Shown piece after piece: positions 62,615 through 64,000 of a stretch of 64,000 bases of DNA. The position numbers and the translations under genes were made by a program. Numbering within the stretch: the stretch's first letter is position 1; every line of letters starts with the position of its first letter. Below the pieces are notes generated by a model. It did no database searches. It was given only the letters and a program-made list of their open reading frames with translations, and was not told the DNA's origin. Source of the DNA: Octopus bimaculoides (Eukaryota); contig NC_068998.1 in assembly GCF_001194135.2 (NCBI RefSeq), forward strand, positions 52,049,640 through 52,113,639, written 5' to 3'.

Positions 62615-63012
62615 AGAAATCAAATAAACACACAGCTAACAACATATAAAACCTATATGATAAGATAATCGAGTAGCCAAGTCTACACAAACCACATTTG
62701 CCTTCAAGAAATATGAAGGGGTTTGGACTATGTTTAAGGTACCCCGCCCCACTTTCAAGAAAAGTCTAGACATGTTGAACATGGTCAAGTATAGAAAGAC
62801 TGCGATTGGGAAGGTAAAAGAGGGGATGGTGAAATAATGTATTTGAATAAATCAGGGGAAGTTAAGAGAACTTATGAACATGACATGCACATTATGTTGA
62901 ATATGATTTAGGGACAGTGTTCCAAATGAACTGCAGGGAACATTTAGGAAAAAGATGATTAAGCAAAAATTAAATTGAGCATTGTCATGTTTTCAATACA
63001 TGTTGCAAACAA

Positions 63013-63047
<35 letters not shown>

Positions 63048-63164
63048 AAAGTATAAATGTATACATATTCATTTTACCCATGTAATGTTGGTACTCTTGC
63101 TTACACACACATAACAAATATATACACATATTATACACACTATGTAATTTTGCATATATATATT

Positions 63165-63215
<51 letters not shown>

Positions 63216-63218
<3 letters not shown>

Positions 63219-63328
63219 GCTGCCAAATTAGATTGGAGCCTGGTGTAGCCATCCGGTTGCACCAGTCCTCAGTCAAATCATCCAACCCATGCTAGCATGG
63301 AAAGCGGACGTTAAACGGTGATGATGAT
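63216..63328 (+). mobile_element. 5'-truncated young SINE family A copy
   Basis: gattggagcctggtgtagcc...ccaacccatgctagcatggaaagcggacgttaaacggtgatgatgat. Confidence 0.85.
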
Positions 63329-63428
63329 ATATATAGTGTGTGTGTGTATGCATGTATAAATTCTTATACTAAGTTTTTCTGAATATTATTGTGTAGTATA
63401 AAATAACCAGTACAATCATGTAATTTTA

Positions 63429-63469
<41 letters not shown>

Positions 63470-64000
63470 GTATACACACACACATATATATATATAAATA
63501 TTTATAATAAACTACAAAAAAGAAAACAAAACTAAGTTATAGTTTTGCCTTCAGTAAAACTACAACTTTCTTTTTTTTCTTTTTGTAGTTTCTTTTATAT
63601 CTTCTTGCATTGTTCCAGCCATATCCAAGTCTCTTTAACGTAATATCACACAATGCTTCACCAAAAACTACTCCATTTTAATACATAAATATTGTGTCGG
63701 TGATACTCACTGGATAAAAAGAATCTTCTATTCAAAAATATTTTTTGAAACAAACCTACCCCATGTTGTTGTCATATTTGTTATTCATCAAAAGTATCAA
63801 CTAGTTGCTTTGTTCAATGGAGTATTTAAGAAAATTTTGAATGAGTGATTCCCCCTTCTTTTTTCTTTTTTTTTTCTTTTTGTTCTTTCAAACTGAACTT
63901 GTTCTACAATCAATGTACTCACACTTCTTATAGCTTATTTCCAAAAACTAACAATTTGCTGAAAAGAAAGAAATATATATTAATAATAATAATGTTGATA

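Overview
AT-rich, microsatellite- and SINE-dense animal genomic DNA with nine N-gaps. It is most consistent with an octopus (coleoid cephalopod) draft assembly; that assignment is an inference from composition and repeat types. One protein-coding gene is supported: the 3' half of a type IV diacylglycerol kinase (DGKzeta/iota, Drosophila rdgA-like) on the + strand. I rebuilt it by hand as 11 phase-consistent GT-AG exons (9908-32407, 973 nt, 323 codons plus stop). They encode the post-catalytic region, the ankyrin-repeat region and a C-terminal PDZ-binding ETAV motif; the catalytic exons lie upstream of the window. Almost all ORFs in the supplied track are spurious (microsatellite, gap or repeat read-throughs). 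The rest is intronic or downstream DNA holding three SINE families, two mariner remnants, two RTE LINE remnants, a Penelope-like RT remnant, and piggyBac-like and hAT-like MITEs. The most interesting signals are: (i) hammerhead-ribozyme-like motifs in three unrelated short repeats, three copies lying sense inside DGK introns and one fused behind a tRNA-type Pol III head with its own TSD; (ii) a 787-bp near-perfect foldback (about 371-bp arms, about 95% identical, 25-nt loop) about 6 kb past the stop codon; (iii) an inverted repeat pair bracketing a frame-preserving block of ankyrin exons; (iv) a LINE remnant sharing its 3' tail with a local SINE family. All alignments and folds were done by eye and need computational confirmation.
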